A DNA stretch of 64,000 bases from assembly GCF_009914755.1 (NCBI RefSeq), contig NC_060937.1. One strand, written 5' to 3'. This stretch comes from the human T2T-CHM13v2.0 reference genome, Homo sapiens. Both the position numbers and the translations under genes were made by a program. Below the pieces are notes generated by a model. It worked only from the letters and a program-made list of their open reading frames with translations. It ran no database searches and was not told the DNA's origin. Below are positions 1 to 16,391 of the stretch, in pieces. Numbering within the stretch: position 1 is the first letter of the stretch; every line of letters starts with the position of its first letter.

Positions 1-1146
1 TTATTGTAAACATTTAAAAGTATATCATCTGTGTAGTGCTAAGGATAGAATCTAGCACACTTAATAGATGCTATGACTATGGAGTGGTGAAGTGGAGCAA
101 GGACGTAAAAAGACTTGATGGGAGATACTAGTAATTGTTGTGACAATGCGCAAAACACAAAATCCCCGAAGTCCAAAAGCTTGGATAGGAGAAGTGTTCT
201 TCCTTCAGTATAAAGAAGAGAAAATCTGAAGCCAATGTGCTTAAATATCAGCCCTTAGATTTTGACAATATTCTATTAGATCTTATTTCAGGATAAAACT
301 TGACAGAAAACAATGACGGAGCAAATTGAAGAAATGAGTATAGTGGATCCCAATATCATAAAAAAGAAACAAGTATAATACCATACAATGTCTGTATGTT
401 TCTCTGTCAAACAAGCTATATAAAAGTTCCCTGTAAAATATTAGTATCTCATTCTTACTTACGACGTTAGTTAAAAATGAATCCTATACCTCCACAACCA
501 TTAAATGATTAAATGCTCTTTATTTTTTAAATGTATAGTTTTGAAAAATTCTTCAGAAAATTAAAATAATTTTGAAATAATCCCTAAGTATTATTCTATG
601 CATTTAGAAACACATCAAATGTATGCATGCAAAAGTTATTTATCTATGTTGATCTGAATTCCATGCAAAATCATGACCAAAATAAATCACTTTTCAAATG
701 TCATAATTGAAATTATAGATCTTTTTAAGGTTACTATGTGGTTGGTGCAAACGTAATTGCAGTTTTGCCATTTTTTTATGGTCATTAAATATCATTATTA
801 CTTTTCAATTTACTTAAAAGTCAATTGCAGCTCTTAGTTTTTGATCATAGATATTTTGAATTCAATGGGATTGCTTTTTGACTATTAGCATTTATTAATC
901 TGAGTCTGTAAATACAATTTTTCAAGCTGATATTTATTTAAATGTGCACTTCACTACATCTTAATTATCTTTTTCCCCCTGAAATAAAAATTTCTTCTGA
1001 ATGGTTTATTTCCAATTTTGGTAAACCTTGAATACTTTCATTTTATTGATCTATGTTGAAAGAAAAGGTATTATCTGCTTTACCTAAGTAATGAGGGAAA
1101 AGTCTCATTTTTAATTACTAAGCCTAGTAGTAGGGACTGCTGTTAG

Positions 1147-1490
<344 letters not shown>

Positions 1491-1523
<33 letters not shown>

Positions 1524-1795
1524 AGACAGAGTCTTGCTCTGTTGTTCAGGCTGGCATGCAGTGGCACCATCTTGACTCACTGCAGCCTCCACCTCCCGGG
1601 TTCAAGCTATTCTCATGTCTCAGCCTCTAGAGCAGCTGGAATTACAGGCACGCACCACCACAGCCGGCTAATTTTTTTATTTGTAGTAGAAACGGGGTTT
1701 TACCATGTTGGCCAGGCTGGTCTGGAACTCCTGACCTCAGGTGATCTTCCTGCCCCCACCTCTGGGATTACAGGCGTTAGCCACTGCACCTGGCC
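1491..1795 (-). mobile_element. AluS (Sx-like) SINE
   Basis: Poly-T 1491-1522, Alu body with gacctcaggtgatc ending ggcc at 1795, small internal deletion in the left arm. Confidence 0.92.
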
Positions 1796-3028
1796 TCTAA
1801 TAAATTATTGATCGATGAAAATCCAATCCTTAAGCCCTAATACGGACGAAATATAAAATCATCAGGCACATTCTCTACTCAGAAATATCCCATGACATTC
1901 CTGGGAATCACAGCACTTCCCTAAATAGAGTCAAAAAATAACACTGCTTTAGTTGTTTAAGTTCTAAGAATCACCTCAAGTGCAGCACTGAAATGCAGCC
2001 AAGTTTGCAAAAACTTTCCGGAACTTACGTACCATGAATTCATTAATAACTCAACATTTTACTGTTGTCTATTAATCTACATTTATTCTAAATGAGTTAT
2101 TATTGCTATCTCATTGAACTTCCCCAAATGCTTTACAACAAAATTATTCACACAACTGACGAATTTTGACTGTAGAAAGTACTCTACTATTGAATGTGAT
2201 TTGAAAAATAAAAACACAGCAATTCTCTTCCCTATTCCAAACTAGATTCTTTAGGTCAGAGGAGTGAGAAAAAAATGAAGGATATGAACCTGGGATCTCC
2301 ATCTGTCTGCTGAGCATGTTGCTATTCATTGACCAATGGGACTCAGCAGTTAGTGCCCATATGGGTTTGCCTTAAGTTTGTGGAACAGTTGTCATGGCAA
2401 CTGTATTTATATGCATCACTGGCTGTATCAGATCAGAAGCAGGACTGAGAAAAAAGTTCTCTTGTCAGAAACAGAAAACACAGAAAAATATAATTCTGAA
2501 ATCTTTTTTATCAGAAAAAAATGATATGCAGTGTATCTACGTGTTTGTGTAGAGGGGAAGAGGTGCATGTGTATTTTGAGGAAGAGGGAAAGTCGCAATC
2601 ATTTAGGAAATTATACACCATCGTTCTTTTCTCCAGACATACATATATCTAGATTTCTTAAACAGCTATGTAAAGTTTAGAATGAGATTAATATATTTTA
2701 TATCTTAATTGACTTATTGAAATTAAATCAGATTATCAGGTTAGTCAATAGTTACATCTCTAATGTTTCTATGTGTATTTGAAAATAAATGTTACAATAG
2801 GGTCATGGAATTAAAATGAAAAGAGTGTCCTTCACAAAATCCATTGTACAATTTAAATAAAGTGATTTTTGTAGTTACAAATATTAATATTTGTGGTACT
2901 TATAGAATAATTAAGCACACTTCTTGGCATCATAACTAAATAAAATAACATTATTAAATGTTATTATATTAATAACCCTTGAAGGAGGATCATTATTGGT
3001 AACTTTTGAGTTAAGAGTACTTTGTTTA

Positions 3029-3444
3029 TCCCATGTTTATTGCAGCATTATTCACAAGAGCCAAAATTTGGAAGCAATCTAAGTGTCTATCAACAGACAA
3101 ATTGTGGTACACATACACAGTGGAGTACTATTCAGCCATAAAAAATGAGATCTTGTCATTTACAACAACATGGATGGAACTGGAGATCATGATATTAAGT
3201 GAAATAGGACAGGCACAGAAAAACAAACTTCATATGTTCTCAATTGTTTGTGGGAGCTAAAAATAAAAACAATTGAAAACATGAGGATAGAGAGTAGAAC
3301 AATGGTTTCCAGAGCCTGGGAAGGAGTAGTGAGGGATTGGGAGGGAAGTAAGGATGGTTAATGGGTACAAAAAATAAATAGAAAAAACATGAATAAGATC
3401 TAGTATTTGATAGTGAAACAAACTAAATAAGATAATTTTTTTAA
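3029..3444 (+). mobile_element. 5'-truncated L1MA-type 3' fragment with 16-bp TSD
   Basis: ORF2 C-terminal [12 protein letters not shown] motif and L1MA 3'UTR start; aagagtactttgttta at 3013-3028 and 3445-3460. Confidence 0.9.
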
Positions 3445-4149
3445 AAGAGTACTTTGTTTACCAATGGAACTTTTTATGAAAGTTTGGAAAGACATGGATA
3501 AAACAACCATGTCCCTCTAAAACAGATGAAAGATTTAGAAAATTAGGGAAAGGAGACTGAGGTAGTTTTGGTAATCTAGCAGCAGGAGCACATGTGCCTG
3601 AGTTTACTGATGGAAGGGCAAAAGCTTTTATGTTAACTTTTCATTTTGAGAGAATCAAATGAGAGTATGAGGCCTCTATCAAGCCTGATACAAAATTAAA
3701 CCAGGAATAATGCTAACAAAATGGATATGTCTAGTATTTTAATTAACAATAATTCTCATCTATAGATGTAGAAATAAAAAAAAGTGTCAAAAAGCACAAT
3801 TGGTGAAGGATTTAATTTTACAATATCATTGCTTTAGCAATTATGTAATACATTATTATTTAATAATGTTTACTTTATAAATGCTTCAATGATGAGTATC
3901 AACACACTGAATAATTTCAGTGATTACACAGAATCTTACATTTGAGGAAATAATAATCATACTTCTAAAGTAGTTATAGTGACCATTCATTTTGCTTTTA
4001 TACTTTTATTTTACTTGAGAATAAATGACACACTGAATTGACTGTCAATAATGACACACACCAGTTGTATCTAGGTGGATATAGGGATTTTTAGAAACAT
4101 TGCTGCTAGGGTTACTAGTTTTATTTATTATTTATTATTCCCTCCCACT

Positions 4150-5900
4150 TTTTAAAGTTTTATTATAAACAAACACAACATATGTGCAAAAGAGGACATA
4201 TAATGTATATGTAAATATAAGAAATTCATGTTCATATATGAAGAAAATCAGTATATTTCAGAACTTTTAAATTACCTTTTGTAGTTTATTCCAATTAAAT
4301 CCCCATTTTGTCCCAAATATAATAACTATCCTGATTAGTTTTGTAACAATTAGTTTTCCAATCAATCAATGCTTTCTTTTATACTTTTAGTACACATACG
4401 TATGTGTGTATGGGTGTATATATGAAATGTTTTATTCAGTTTTGCTTATTGTAACACAAACAGTATCATATAATACGTATTTACCTTCAACTTGCTTTTT
4501 TACTCAATGTGATTTTTGAGTTTAATGAATGTTGATGTATGTGTAGCAGTAGATTGTTCATTTTCAATGAAGTAGGATATTCCCTTATTTAAATTTCCTT
4601 GTTTAAATTTGTGTTCATTTCTCTCATTAGACTTTGAAACTTTTATTCATCCCACTTTTCTTGTTTCCTTTTACGTTTTTCTTTCTAGCCCAACTTGGGT
4701 TTGATTTTAATGCCATGGTCTTTTTTTTTTTTTTTTTTTTTTCTGTCTCAGTTTTTAAAGCTAAGCATTCGATTTCTGTTCTTTAGTGTTACCCCAAAAT
4801 TAATGTTTGTAATTATGTTAACAAATTATAAAGTTAATCGAGATAATAATCCATTTCCCAGACCAGAGAAGAACCTTAGAATTGTCTCATTCTAGTCACT
4901 CTCTCCTGGTTTATATTCTAGTCTGGTTTAAAATTTGAGTATAACCTTAGGGTATTTTCACTACATATTAATCACTGTTGATTGTTGTAATGCCAATTTT
5001 ACTTAGTAAGATATTTTTCACATTTTTTGCTCATAAATACATTTTTCATCTCAGGATTTCTTTTTAGGAATATTTTCCTTCATGCATTCTTGATAAAGTT
5101 TTGGTGGTGACAGTTTGTGGTAAAGTCCCTCAGCTTTTATCTGAAAATGGCTTTCTTTATTAACTTTTTGAAGTGTAATGACACTGGAGAGGTTGCTAGG
5201 TTTTTAGTTTTCATTCTATAAGCACGTTGAACATATAATTTCAGTATCTCTTGGCTTTTGCTGTTGCAGTTGAGAACTCAATATTAGTATTGCAATTCTG
5301 GCCTGAACATTTGGTTGAATCAGGGTCTTCCTTCTGTCTTTGATATTCTGTTATATACCCGGCTTTATTTCAATATGACTTTCTTTTCACTTATTTTATT
5401 TGTAATTTGTTGTCTAAAATATAAGAATGTATATCTTTATTTCTAAATAACTTTTACCTTGGTATCTTTTTGTCTCTTCTTTAGTTTCTTTTTTTCTTGT
5501 AATTCAATTATATATGTTAGAACTTAACCCTCCATTCTCAGTTGCTTAACTTTAGTTTGTTTTAAATATCTTCTTCATTCTTCTGTTGTGTTCCATGAAG
5601 TAGATTCATAACTATTTCCAGTTCAGAAGTTTTTTCATCAGTCCTAAAATACACACATTAATTGGGCTTTCTAACTTCAATTATTTTCTTCACTTCTTAA
5701 AGTTATATGTTGAGGGTTTTTTTGCCAATATGTGTAGTATTTTTTGACAGACTCATATTTCTTCATTATATGTATAATTCCCTTTTACCACTTTAGACTT
5801 TTTTATATACATTTTATATATTTGGTATGATAATTCCAATGACTGTCATCTGTGAGTACAATTTTTCTGTACTTTCATTCCACTAACAAAGCTCTCATTT
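4150..5900 (-). mobile_element. Highly decayed ancient L1 (L1ME-like) fragments
   Basis: T-rich antisense L1-like motifs (aactatcctgatt, ttgctttttactcaat, cagcttttatctgaaaatg); boundaries approximate. Confidence 0.45.
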
Positions 5901-6464
5901 TCTACTGCTTTGTAATTACACTTACCTTTTCCCTGCAGGACTACCTCCCTGCAATCTCTCACCTTTGACAAACACTAACTTGTTTTCCATCTTCACGTTT
6001 AAGCCATTTCAAGAATGCTATGTATAAATTTAATATACAGTAAAGTGACCTTTGAGATTTTATAGTTTTCACTCAGCATTATGCCCTTCAGATCCATCCA
6101 AATTGTTGCATCTGTCAATAGTTTGTTCCTTTTTACTGCTGAGCATTATTCTGTGGTAGCAACGTACTATGGCTTTTTAATACCTGTTGAAGGGTAGCTG
6201 GACTCTTCCATGTTTTGCCTATTACAAATAATGCTGTTATGAACAATGGTGCACAGGTTTTTATGTAGACATGAGTATTCAGTTTTTACTGATAAATGTC
6301 CTGGAGGGCAATTGCTGGGTCATGTGCTAAGAGTATATTTACTAATTTTTTAAGAAACTGCCAAATTATCTTCCAGAGTGGTTGTGCTATTTTACATGTC
6401 CAAAAACAATGTAAAAGAGATTTGTTTTTTTCACATCTTTGCCAGCATTTGGGACTGTCATTAA

Positions 6465-6812
<348 letters not shown>

Positions 6813-6938
6813 TTATGGTCTGAATTTCTATTTCCCTAATGACTACTATTGTGGAAGCTCTTTTCATGTAATTTTTGGCCATTTTTATATCTTTTCATGT
6901 TAACTGTGTTAACTCTTATTCCATATATCCTTTGCACA

Positions 6939-7263
6939 TTTTTTTTTTTTTTTTTGTAATGGACAGGGTGTTACTCTATTGCCCAAGCTGGAGTACAGTT
7001 GCAGTGGAGCAATAATAGCTCACTGTAAACTTGAATTCCTAGGCTTGAAGAGATCCTCCAACCTCAGCTCCCCAAGCATCTGGGACTACAGGTGCACACC
7101 AGCATGCCCAGCTAATTTTTTGTTTGTTTGTTTGTTTGCTTTTGGTAGAGACAGGGTTACACTATGTTGCCCAGACTGGTCTCAAACTCCTGGCCTTAAA
7201 CAATCCTCCTGCCATGGCCTCTCAAAGTGCTGGGATTACAGGAATGAGTCACCAGACCTGGCC
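6939..7263 (-). mobile_element. AluJ SINE
   Basis: J-type motifs (atagctcactg, gatcctcc, ctatgttgccc); diverged. Confidence 0.9.
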
Positions 7264-7517
7264 TCTTTTATCATTTTCTAATTTGACTTTTTGTTTATGA
7301 TTGAGTTTTGAGTGTCCTTTCATTAATGTGGCATAAATAATTTTTTGGCCAATATATGATTGGCAAAGATTTTCTCCAAAATTAACTCATTATTGCTCAT
7401 CTTTTTAACAATCTTTTTCAAACGGCAAAAGATTTATTGCCATTTTATTTAGTTTTTTTTTCTCTGATTTTTATTTCTCTGTTTTGTTAATACTGCCTGC
7501 CTTTGGATTCCTTGAAC

Positions 7518-7795
7518 TTTTTTTTTTTTTTTTTTTTGAGACAGAGTTTTACTTTGTCGCCCAGGCTAGAGAATAGTGGTGCCATCTCTGCTCACTGCAA
7601 CCTCTGCCTCCTGGACTCAAGAGATTCTCAAGCCTCAGCCTCCTGAGTAGCTGGAACTATAGGTATGTACCATCATGCCTAGCTAATTTTAAAAATTTTT
7701 AGTACAGATGGGTTTTCACCATATGGGCCAGGCTGGTCTCGAAATTCTGACCTCAAGTGATCTGTGTGCCTGGGCCTCCCAAACTGCTTGGATTA
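7518..7795 (-). mobile_element. AluS/J SINE lacking its first ~23 nt
   Basis: Poly-T and Alu body ending at aaactgcttggatta; imperfect flanking repeat ttggat(tcc/tat)ttgaacttt. Confidence 0.88.
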
Positions 7796-7799
7796 TTTG

Positions 7800-10270
7800 A
7801 ACTTTAAAAAAATATATATTTTTTGATTTATCTTCAGGGTTTTCCAGTGTAAATCTTTCTGTAACTCTCTTTTAGTGTTTGCTCTGTTTCATTATATAAC
7901 TTAAAATCCCCTTATGCCAACATTTCACCAGTTGTAATGAAATGTCAAAATCATACCTCCCTTATGTCTCTTTACCCTCCTTCATTTATCTACATGCATT
8001 GGTAATCACAGTAGATGAAGTTATACATTTTAGCTTAACCATCAAACATATTTAAGTAAACTCAAGGGTCAATGGAATGTTTTTACTTACTGATGGTTTT
8101 ACTTTCTCTCCTGTCTTTCTTCCTAATATTTTAAGATTTCTCCTTCTAGATGAGAATAATAAACACTGGGGATGCCAAAAGGGAGAAAGAAGAGAGGGAG
8201 TGGGGCAAGGGTTGAAAACTACCTATCGGGCACTATGTTCACTACTTGGGTGTCAGGATCATTAGAAGCACAAACCTCAGCATCATGCAGTATACACATG
8301 TAATAAACCTGCACATGTACCTGTGAATCCAATATTTTAAAAAATTCTTCTTATTCCATATAGAATTCTGGGATCACAGTTCTCTCTTTAGGCACTTGAA
8401 AACTATTGTGCTGCTTCCTTCTGACTTCCATGATTTCTGATGGGAAATCACTATCATCCGAATTGTTTTTCCCCTATAGCTAATACTTTGTTCCTCTCTG
8501 GTTGCTTTCACAAATTTTCTATTTGTCTTTAGTATTTGTAAGTTTCATTATAATGTGCCACAATTTGGATTTTGGGGGGGTTATTTTGTTTTAGATTCAC
8601 CCACCTTGAATTTGTGGGTATAATTTTGGTATTTGTGATCTTTGTTTTGTTTGCCAAATTTGGGGGAATTTTCAGTCATTATTTGTTGGAAAACTTTTTA
8701 AGTCTTACCCCCATTTTCACCAATTTATGGAACCCCAAAGGCACAAATATTTGATATTTCATTGTATCCTACATGTCCCTGAGGCCATGTTCAGTTTTGT
8801 TTTCCAGTCTCTTTTCTCTCTGTTTGTTTTACAGATTGGGTGACTTCTACTGATTTATTTTCATGTTCAGAAATTCTTCGTTTGACATCTCCACTTTGTT
8901 AATGAGTCAGTCAATTGAATTTTACTTTAGATATTATATTTTTAATTGTATATTGTATAATTTCTCTTTGGTTCTTCATTGTCTCTTCTATACCTTTGCT
9001 CATTTTAAAAAATTTTTTTTATTTGTAGTAGACATGTTTATCATGCTCCTTGGAATATTTTTATAATAACTGTTTTAGAATTTAAGATAACTCTAACACT
9101 TGTGTCACCTCAGAACTGGTCTATGATGACTATCTTTCTTCATTCAGTTGGAGATCTTCCTGATTATCAGTATAATGAGTGACTGTCAGTTGCAACCCAG
9201 GTGTTATAAATTTTCTATTACAATAGTATGGATTTAATTTAAATCTGTGCTTTAGCATAAGACATTGCTTTTTGGGTGAAGGTGGCACCAACTTTTTATT
9301 TCCAGATTGGGCTTTTCCCAATTTTCCAGTCAGCCTCCATGGACAAGATAAAGAATAGGAAGGAAAGAGACTCTTTGTTACTGTTGGGTAGGGGTAAAGT
9401 GGGAGTTCAGGCTCCCTATTTTTGTTTCTACTAGGTCTATACTACTGTGCCTGGAAGGGGTAGTGTAAGGTATAACTGCTTCCCATCTGGCATCCACTGA
9501 CACAGTGGAGGGGTGGTCTTATCACACAGAATGGTGGTGAAAATCCTGACTTTCCACTAGTGCCACTTTGACACTACCCCAGTGGAGTGGGGTAGAAACG
9601 CCTTGTCACTCCTTGGTGGGCCTAGAAATCCAGGTTTCCCACATGGTCTCCACTGATTGATGGGGAGTGGGAGGGCTTGGCCAGGGACCTTGTTATTGCC
9701 ACACTGGGATAGAATACCATGCTTGCTACTTTGGCCTTCTCTGACAACACCACTGTTGGATGGACGTCTTGGCTCCATTTGTTGGCAGGAGGGGAAGTAA
9801 GAGTGGGCTGCAGGTTTTTTGTTGTTTGCTTGCTTATTTCTTTGTTTGTTTCCTGTTGTGTTTGGTTAAAGTAGATTGTTTATCATCTAAAAGTTTTCTG
9901 TCTTGTTAGACTTTCTCATTTCTAGTCTTGGTCTAGAAAAAGCAGGCTTATCCTAGGGCTTCTTTTTTCCCCACTTCTTGTTGGCATTTCTATGTTAGTG
10001 ACTTCTCCATAATGTAGTTTGGGATATATAAGGAAAAAAATGAAACCAACAGAAAGTACCACCGTGTCATTGCTCGGGACTCTCAACTTGGAATTGCAAT
10101 CTGCCTTCCTAAATACCCTAACCAATCTGCCTTCATTTCTTTACATATCTGTGTGTCTGTGTGTCTGTGTGTGCGTGCTTGTGTGGGTGTGTGTGTGTAT
10201 TTTTAACTGAGGCTTTAGTAATAATTAACTTTAATAATAGGTAGGAGCATGTGTATATTCTTAGAAGCCT
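7800..10270 (-). mobile_element. Ancient L1M (MC/MD-like) ORF1 and 5' region
   Basis: Antisense ORF1-type motifs (gccaaatttgggggaattttcagtcattatt) followed by degenerate 5'UTR subunits; boundaries approximate. Confidence 0.6.
8148..8344 (+). mobile_element. L1PB/L1PA16-like 3'UTR fragment
   Basis: gggttgaaaactacctatcgggcactatg...aaacctcagcatcatgcag...aacctgcacatgtacc. Confidence 0.85.
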
Positions 10271-10288
10271 GGCTACGTTTTGAAAACA

Positions 10289-11737
<1,449 letters not shown>

Positions 11738-11739
11738 TA

Positions 11740-12345
11740 CTTCAAGAATCTGACCATTGTCAGCAACTCCACCACTTCTAATCTGACTCATCATCTCTCA
11801 ATCACACTTCTGCAATTGTTCCCTACTGGTGTCTTCACTGCAATTCTTACTCATGCTCACAACATTTTTGTTCCATAGCAGTAGAAATCCTATAAAAAGT
11901 AAATTCCCGTTGTCCTATTTTCAACACTTTTCAATGGTTTCCCATGGTACTTAGAATAACATCATAATTTGTTATTATGATCCATAGAGCCCTATGTTAC
12001 CTAGCTTCCTTCTTTTCTTATCTCTTCTCTTACTACTTCTCACAGCCCAGTTCATACTGGTCTTTTGGAGTCTGTTTGTATTTTTAGAACTCTACATTTG
12101 CTCCCACGTACATGCACTTCACTTGCTCTTCACTCTCTTAAATATTACTTTCTCAGTAATTGACATTGCATATTGCCATCTTGAATTTACATCTCTGCTC
12201 AAATGAAATCTCACAGATAGGTTTCTTATCAGCCAGTCTGTCTAGAATAGTACTATTTAGCCATTTCTTATCACCGTACATTGTTTATTTTGTAATAGAA
12301 ACAACAGAATAGCATTCACTCAATAAATACTATTTGTATTTAATT
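11740..12345 (+). mobile_element. L2 LINE 3' fragment
   Basis: aatggtttcccatggtacttagaataa, tctgctcaaatgaaatc and ctcaataaatac L2 motifs. Confidence 0.65.
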
Positions 12346-12769
12346 ATTTAAGTTAAATAAACAAGTTTACATGAAAAAATACATATAACATTTTAATGTT
12401 TTTTTTTGTATCAGTTTATGGAAAATTTCTTTTAAAATACCCTATACCAAGATACATGCCTTGGTGTGAGATATATTATTTTGATGAAGAACATCCACAT
12501 TCTCCAATGTATAAACAAATGACCTTTGGATTAGAAAAACTGTATCCATTTCTATACATTAATTTAAATGAAATTGTTGGTATTATTTTGACTTACTACA
12601 AATTCTCACTTAGTACTTTAATTTGTAATTGCATTTTAGGATTAAAGTAAGACTAGACAATTTACCTTTATCATTAAGAAGAAATGTTCCTGCATCCTTG
12701 GCACTCCAGACAACACAGCTTATCTGTCAGTTTTTCAATAGTCAGCACACCAGGAGTTATAGAACTGAA

Positions 12770-12950
12770 CTGGATGGACTCCTGGGCTCTGTTTCCAGTA
12801 TTGACTATGACTCACAGAATAACCTTGGGAAAGTCATTTAACCTTCTATGACCAAGTTATCTTGTCATGAAAAGGAAACAGCAACACCTAACTCTCACGG
12901 GTGCTATGTATAATATTCATATAGGAAGTCATTTTGAAGATGTTTATATA
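12770..12950 (+). mobile_element. MIR SINE
   Basis: MIR core accttgggaaagtcatttaaccttct. Confidence 0.65.
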
Positions 12951-13448
12951 CACATAGTACTAATTGCTATTTGAACTGTTACCCCAAAGTCAAGATACAA
13001 CTCAAGGAATGTCGCCTTGACTTATACATCCATCACCTGAAAAGTTATATGGTTTTTCTAAGAAAAAAATAGATTACTTTCTAAAGTCCTTAAATCAAGC
13101 ATATTACAATCAGCAACAAAACAATCTATGATTAATCCAATACATTAAGCACAAATACACCCTTTTTTGCTTTTATCTTGATTTTTAAGTCTTTACTTTT
13201 TGCTGTACAGTTTCTCAATTGCAAGCATACTCATCATTTAGCAAACAGATTCTACAGGTATTTTTTTAGTTTATCCTAAAAACAAACCACTCTTCTTTTA
13301 TTTCCACATTTATGGAAAAAATACCATCTGTCAGAAAGAGGGCTAGAAGTAGAAGCCACATAGATGAGTGTGTCATTCTATGAAACAAAAAAGTGGGGAA
13401 AAGAACTAATAAATACATATTATAATTTTCATATTATTTATTTAAAAA

Positions 13449-13476
13449 ACACACAACACACACACACACACACACA
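13449..13476. repeat. Interrupted (CA)n microsatellite
   Basis: Directly visible. Confidence 0.85.
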
Positions 13477-14141
13477 AGGAATCCTCTTTGGACTTCTAAA
13501 GATGACTGGTAGTAGTATATGTACAAGTATCTGAAAGCTTGCTGGCTTTATTCTTATAAACACATATGGAGTTTTAAAGAAATATTTTTTTCCTGAGTAA
13601 CTAAAGGACATTCCTGTAACACTTGTCTCTTTACTTAGTAAAAGCAAATGTTTCACATTAATTCTTTGAAGTATAGGGATGCTGCCCCACCTCCACTCTT
13701 TCATAAGATTAAGAGTATCTGCATATTTCCCAGATTAACAGAGCACCTTCCTCTATCTGTTTTGTCAAAGCTTTTAATCACATTTAAACCCTATGCCTGA
13801 AAATTGCCTCATCCTGGTAAAGGTTTCCTTTGTAATCAAGTTTTCAACTGATTTCATTAAACAACTATATTCTAGTTAAGTTGTTTTTTGTAATTTATTT
13901 ATCTACTCTCTTTCTCTAAAATGCGAAGTGGACATCATGTTGAATCTCCTTTGGGTACCAGGTCAAATTGGCTATGGAAAATTTTAAGTTGGCCAAGAAG
14001 CCAGTGGAATAGACCATTGTAGGCAGAGGATACAACCAGTGAAAAGACAGGCAAAGGACCAGTAACATTTCTTGTGTTTGTCACTGGAGCATAAGTGTGA
14101 GAAAAAAAAAAATGTCATAAAGAGGAAGATGGGAAATATAG

Positions 14142-14816
<675 letters not shown>

Positions 14817-15282
14817 TAACAAACATAGGTTACATGGACTGCTTTTAATAAACTTATTCTGCAAATACTTATCTTGTACTAGAAGTGTTGAATAGTGTGC
14901 TCAATACAATGCTTATCCTTGTATTGAGATAATACAACCAAACCAACCAAACCTTGCAACCAAACCCAACAGTGAACACAATAGCATTAATGTGGACTGA
15001 CCACTGCAGAATACAGGAACAGGCTTAGGGTCTAAAATGTGTGCCTACATTGAATCTTTTCATAAAAACACAGTATTGTAGATATGAAACATAAGAAAAC
15101 TTATAAAACTTGGTTTGACCAGCTTGATTTAAAAAAAAAAATCACAAGCTTTTGGTTAACTGAAAAAAAAAAAACCCACAAAGACAAAAACAAAAACAGA
15201 GACTGTATTCCAGTAGAGAAATGAGTGTTTTGTTCACAGATATCCTATTACTTCTGAATTAGTGCAAAATGGAAATCTGTTT

Positions 15283-15303
15283 GTGTGTGTGTGTGTGTGT
15301 GTA
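15283..15303. repeat. (GT)n microsatellite
   Basis: Directly visible. Confidence 0.85.
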
Positions 15304-16391
15304 TAAATATAAATATATAACTGTATAGGTGGAAAGTTTGTCCCATATAGTAGAAAACTTTAGTGGCCATGTTCTTTAGAGACACATTACTTACCCCACT
15401 CACTGTTTCTCAATAATAATGTAGACAACCCATTCCTTGAGAATAAAACACAGATTTCATTGAAAAGATAAATTCTTCTAACCTTTCTAAGCCAGTATTT
15501 TCATTGTCACATTTTAGTGATTTCAGTTTAGCAAAATTTCTGAACACGGTGCTTTAAACTCGCAGCTAAATACACAAACTGAATTTTTTTAAAAAAAACA
15601 CAATTACATTCTTAACTTCAAAATGTAACTTTCCTCCTTCCTTGCGTGTTTGCAATTATATCTTATTTCTTGTTCTCTACCTGCTTCTAAACTTTTAAGC
15701 AGAAGCATGTCAGTGTTAAAAGGTAGCATGAAGAAACACTACATATAAAGGGGGAAGTGCAGTCTTGGTGCTTTTAGGTGCTCAGTTTTAAAATCTTGGA
15801 TATGACATTTAGTATCTCTGAGCCTGAGTCCCTTAGAACAAGACAGAACTATTTAAATAAGTCATTGATGAGATATTTTTTCAAAGCCTAAGATATGTTT
15901 TCATTACTTTTTCTGTGCGTAAGGGGGTGGGACTTTAGCTCTTAATCACTAGCATAGGTCACTCCAAAATTTGACATGCTGTCTGAAGGAAAATCTTAAA
16001 AAATGATATTATTGCACAAGTTACATTTTTAGCAACTTATCTCAAATATACTTTCCCTAGATTTTCAAAAAGTCTGATAGTCCTGACAAGAAATGGGAAC
16101 TTTGAAAATCCTGAACGTGGTTCTGTGTGATTATCCATCTGTCAAAAATGTTGATGCTGCTTAGAATATACAACTACCCAAATTCTCTGTAATTCAGAAC
16201 ACAATTTAGGATTCATATTAAATTTTGTGATGGTCTCTACACTTATCTTTAACTATATTTGAATGATGAGAACAGATTGGTTTGGTTCATATTCTTTGGT
16301 AAGCAAGGACATCATTCAATATCTATAGGTAGATACAACATCAACTTGTCTGGCAAGGCAGCCAGTTAGAAAGATTTTGAAACCTGTTGAC

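Noticed and set aside
9325-9770. CRISPR-like repeat-spacer array
   Set aside because: Repeats are degenerate and irregular, lie inside a mammalian L1, and no cas-like genes are present.
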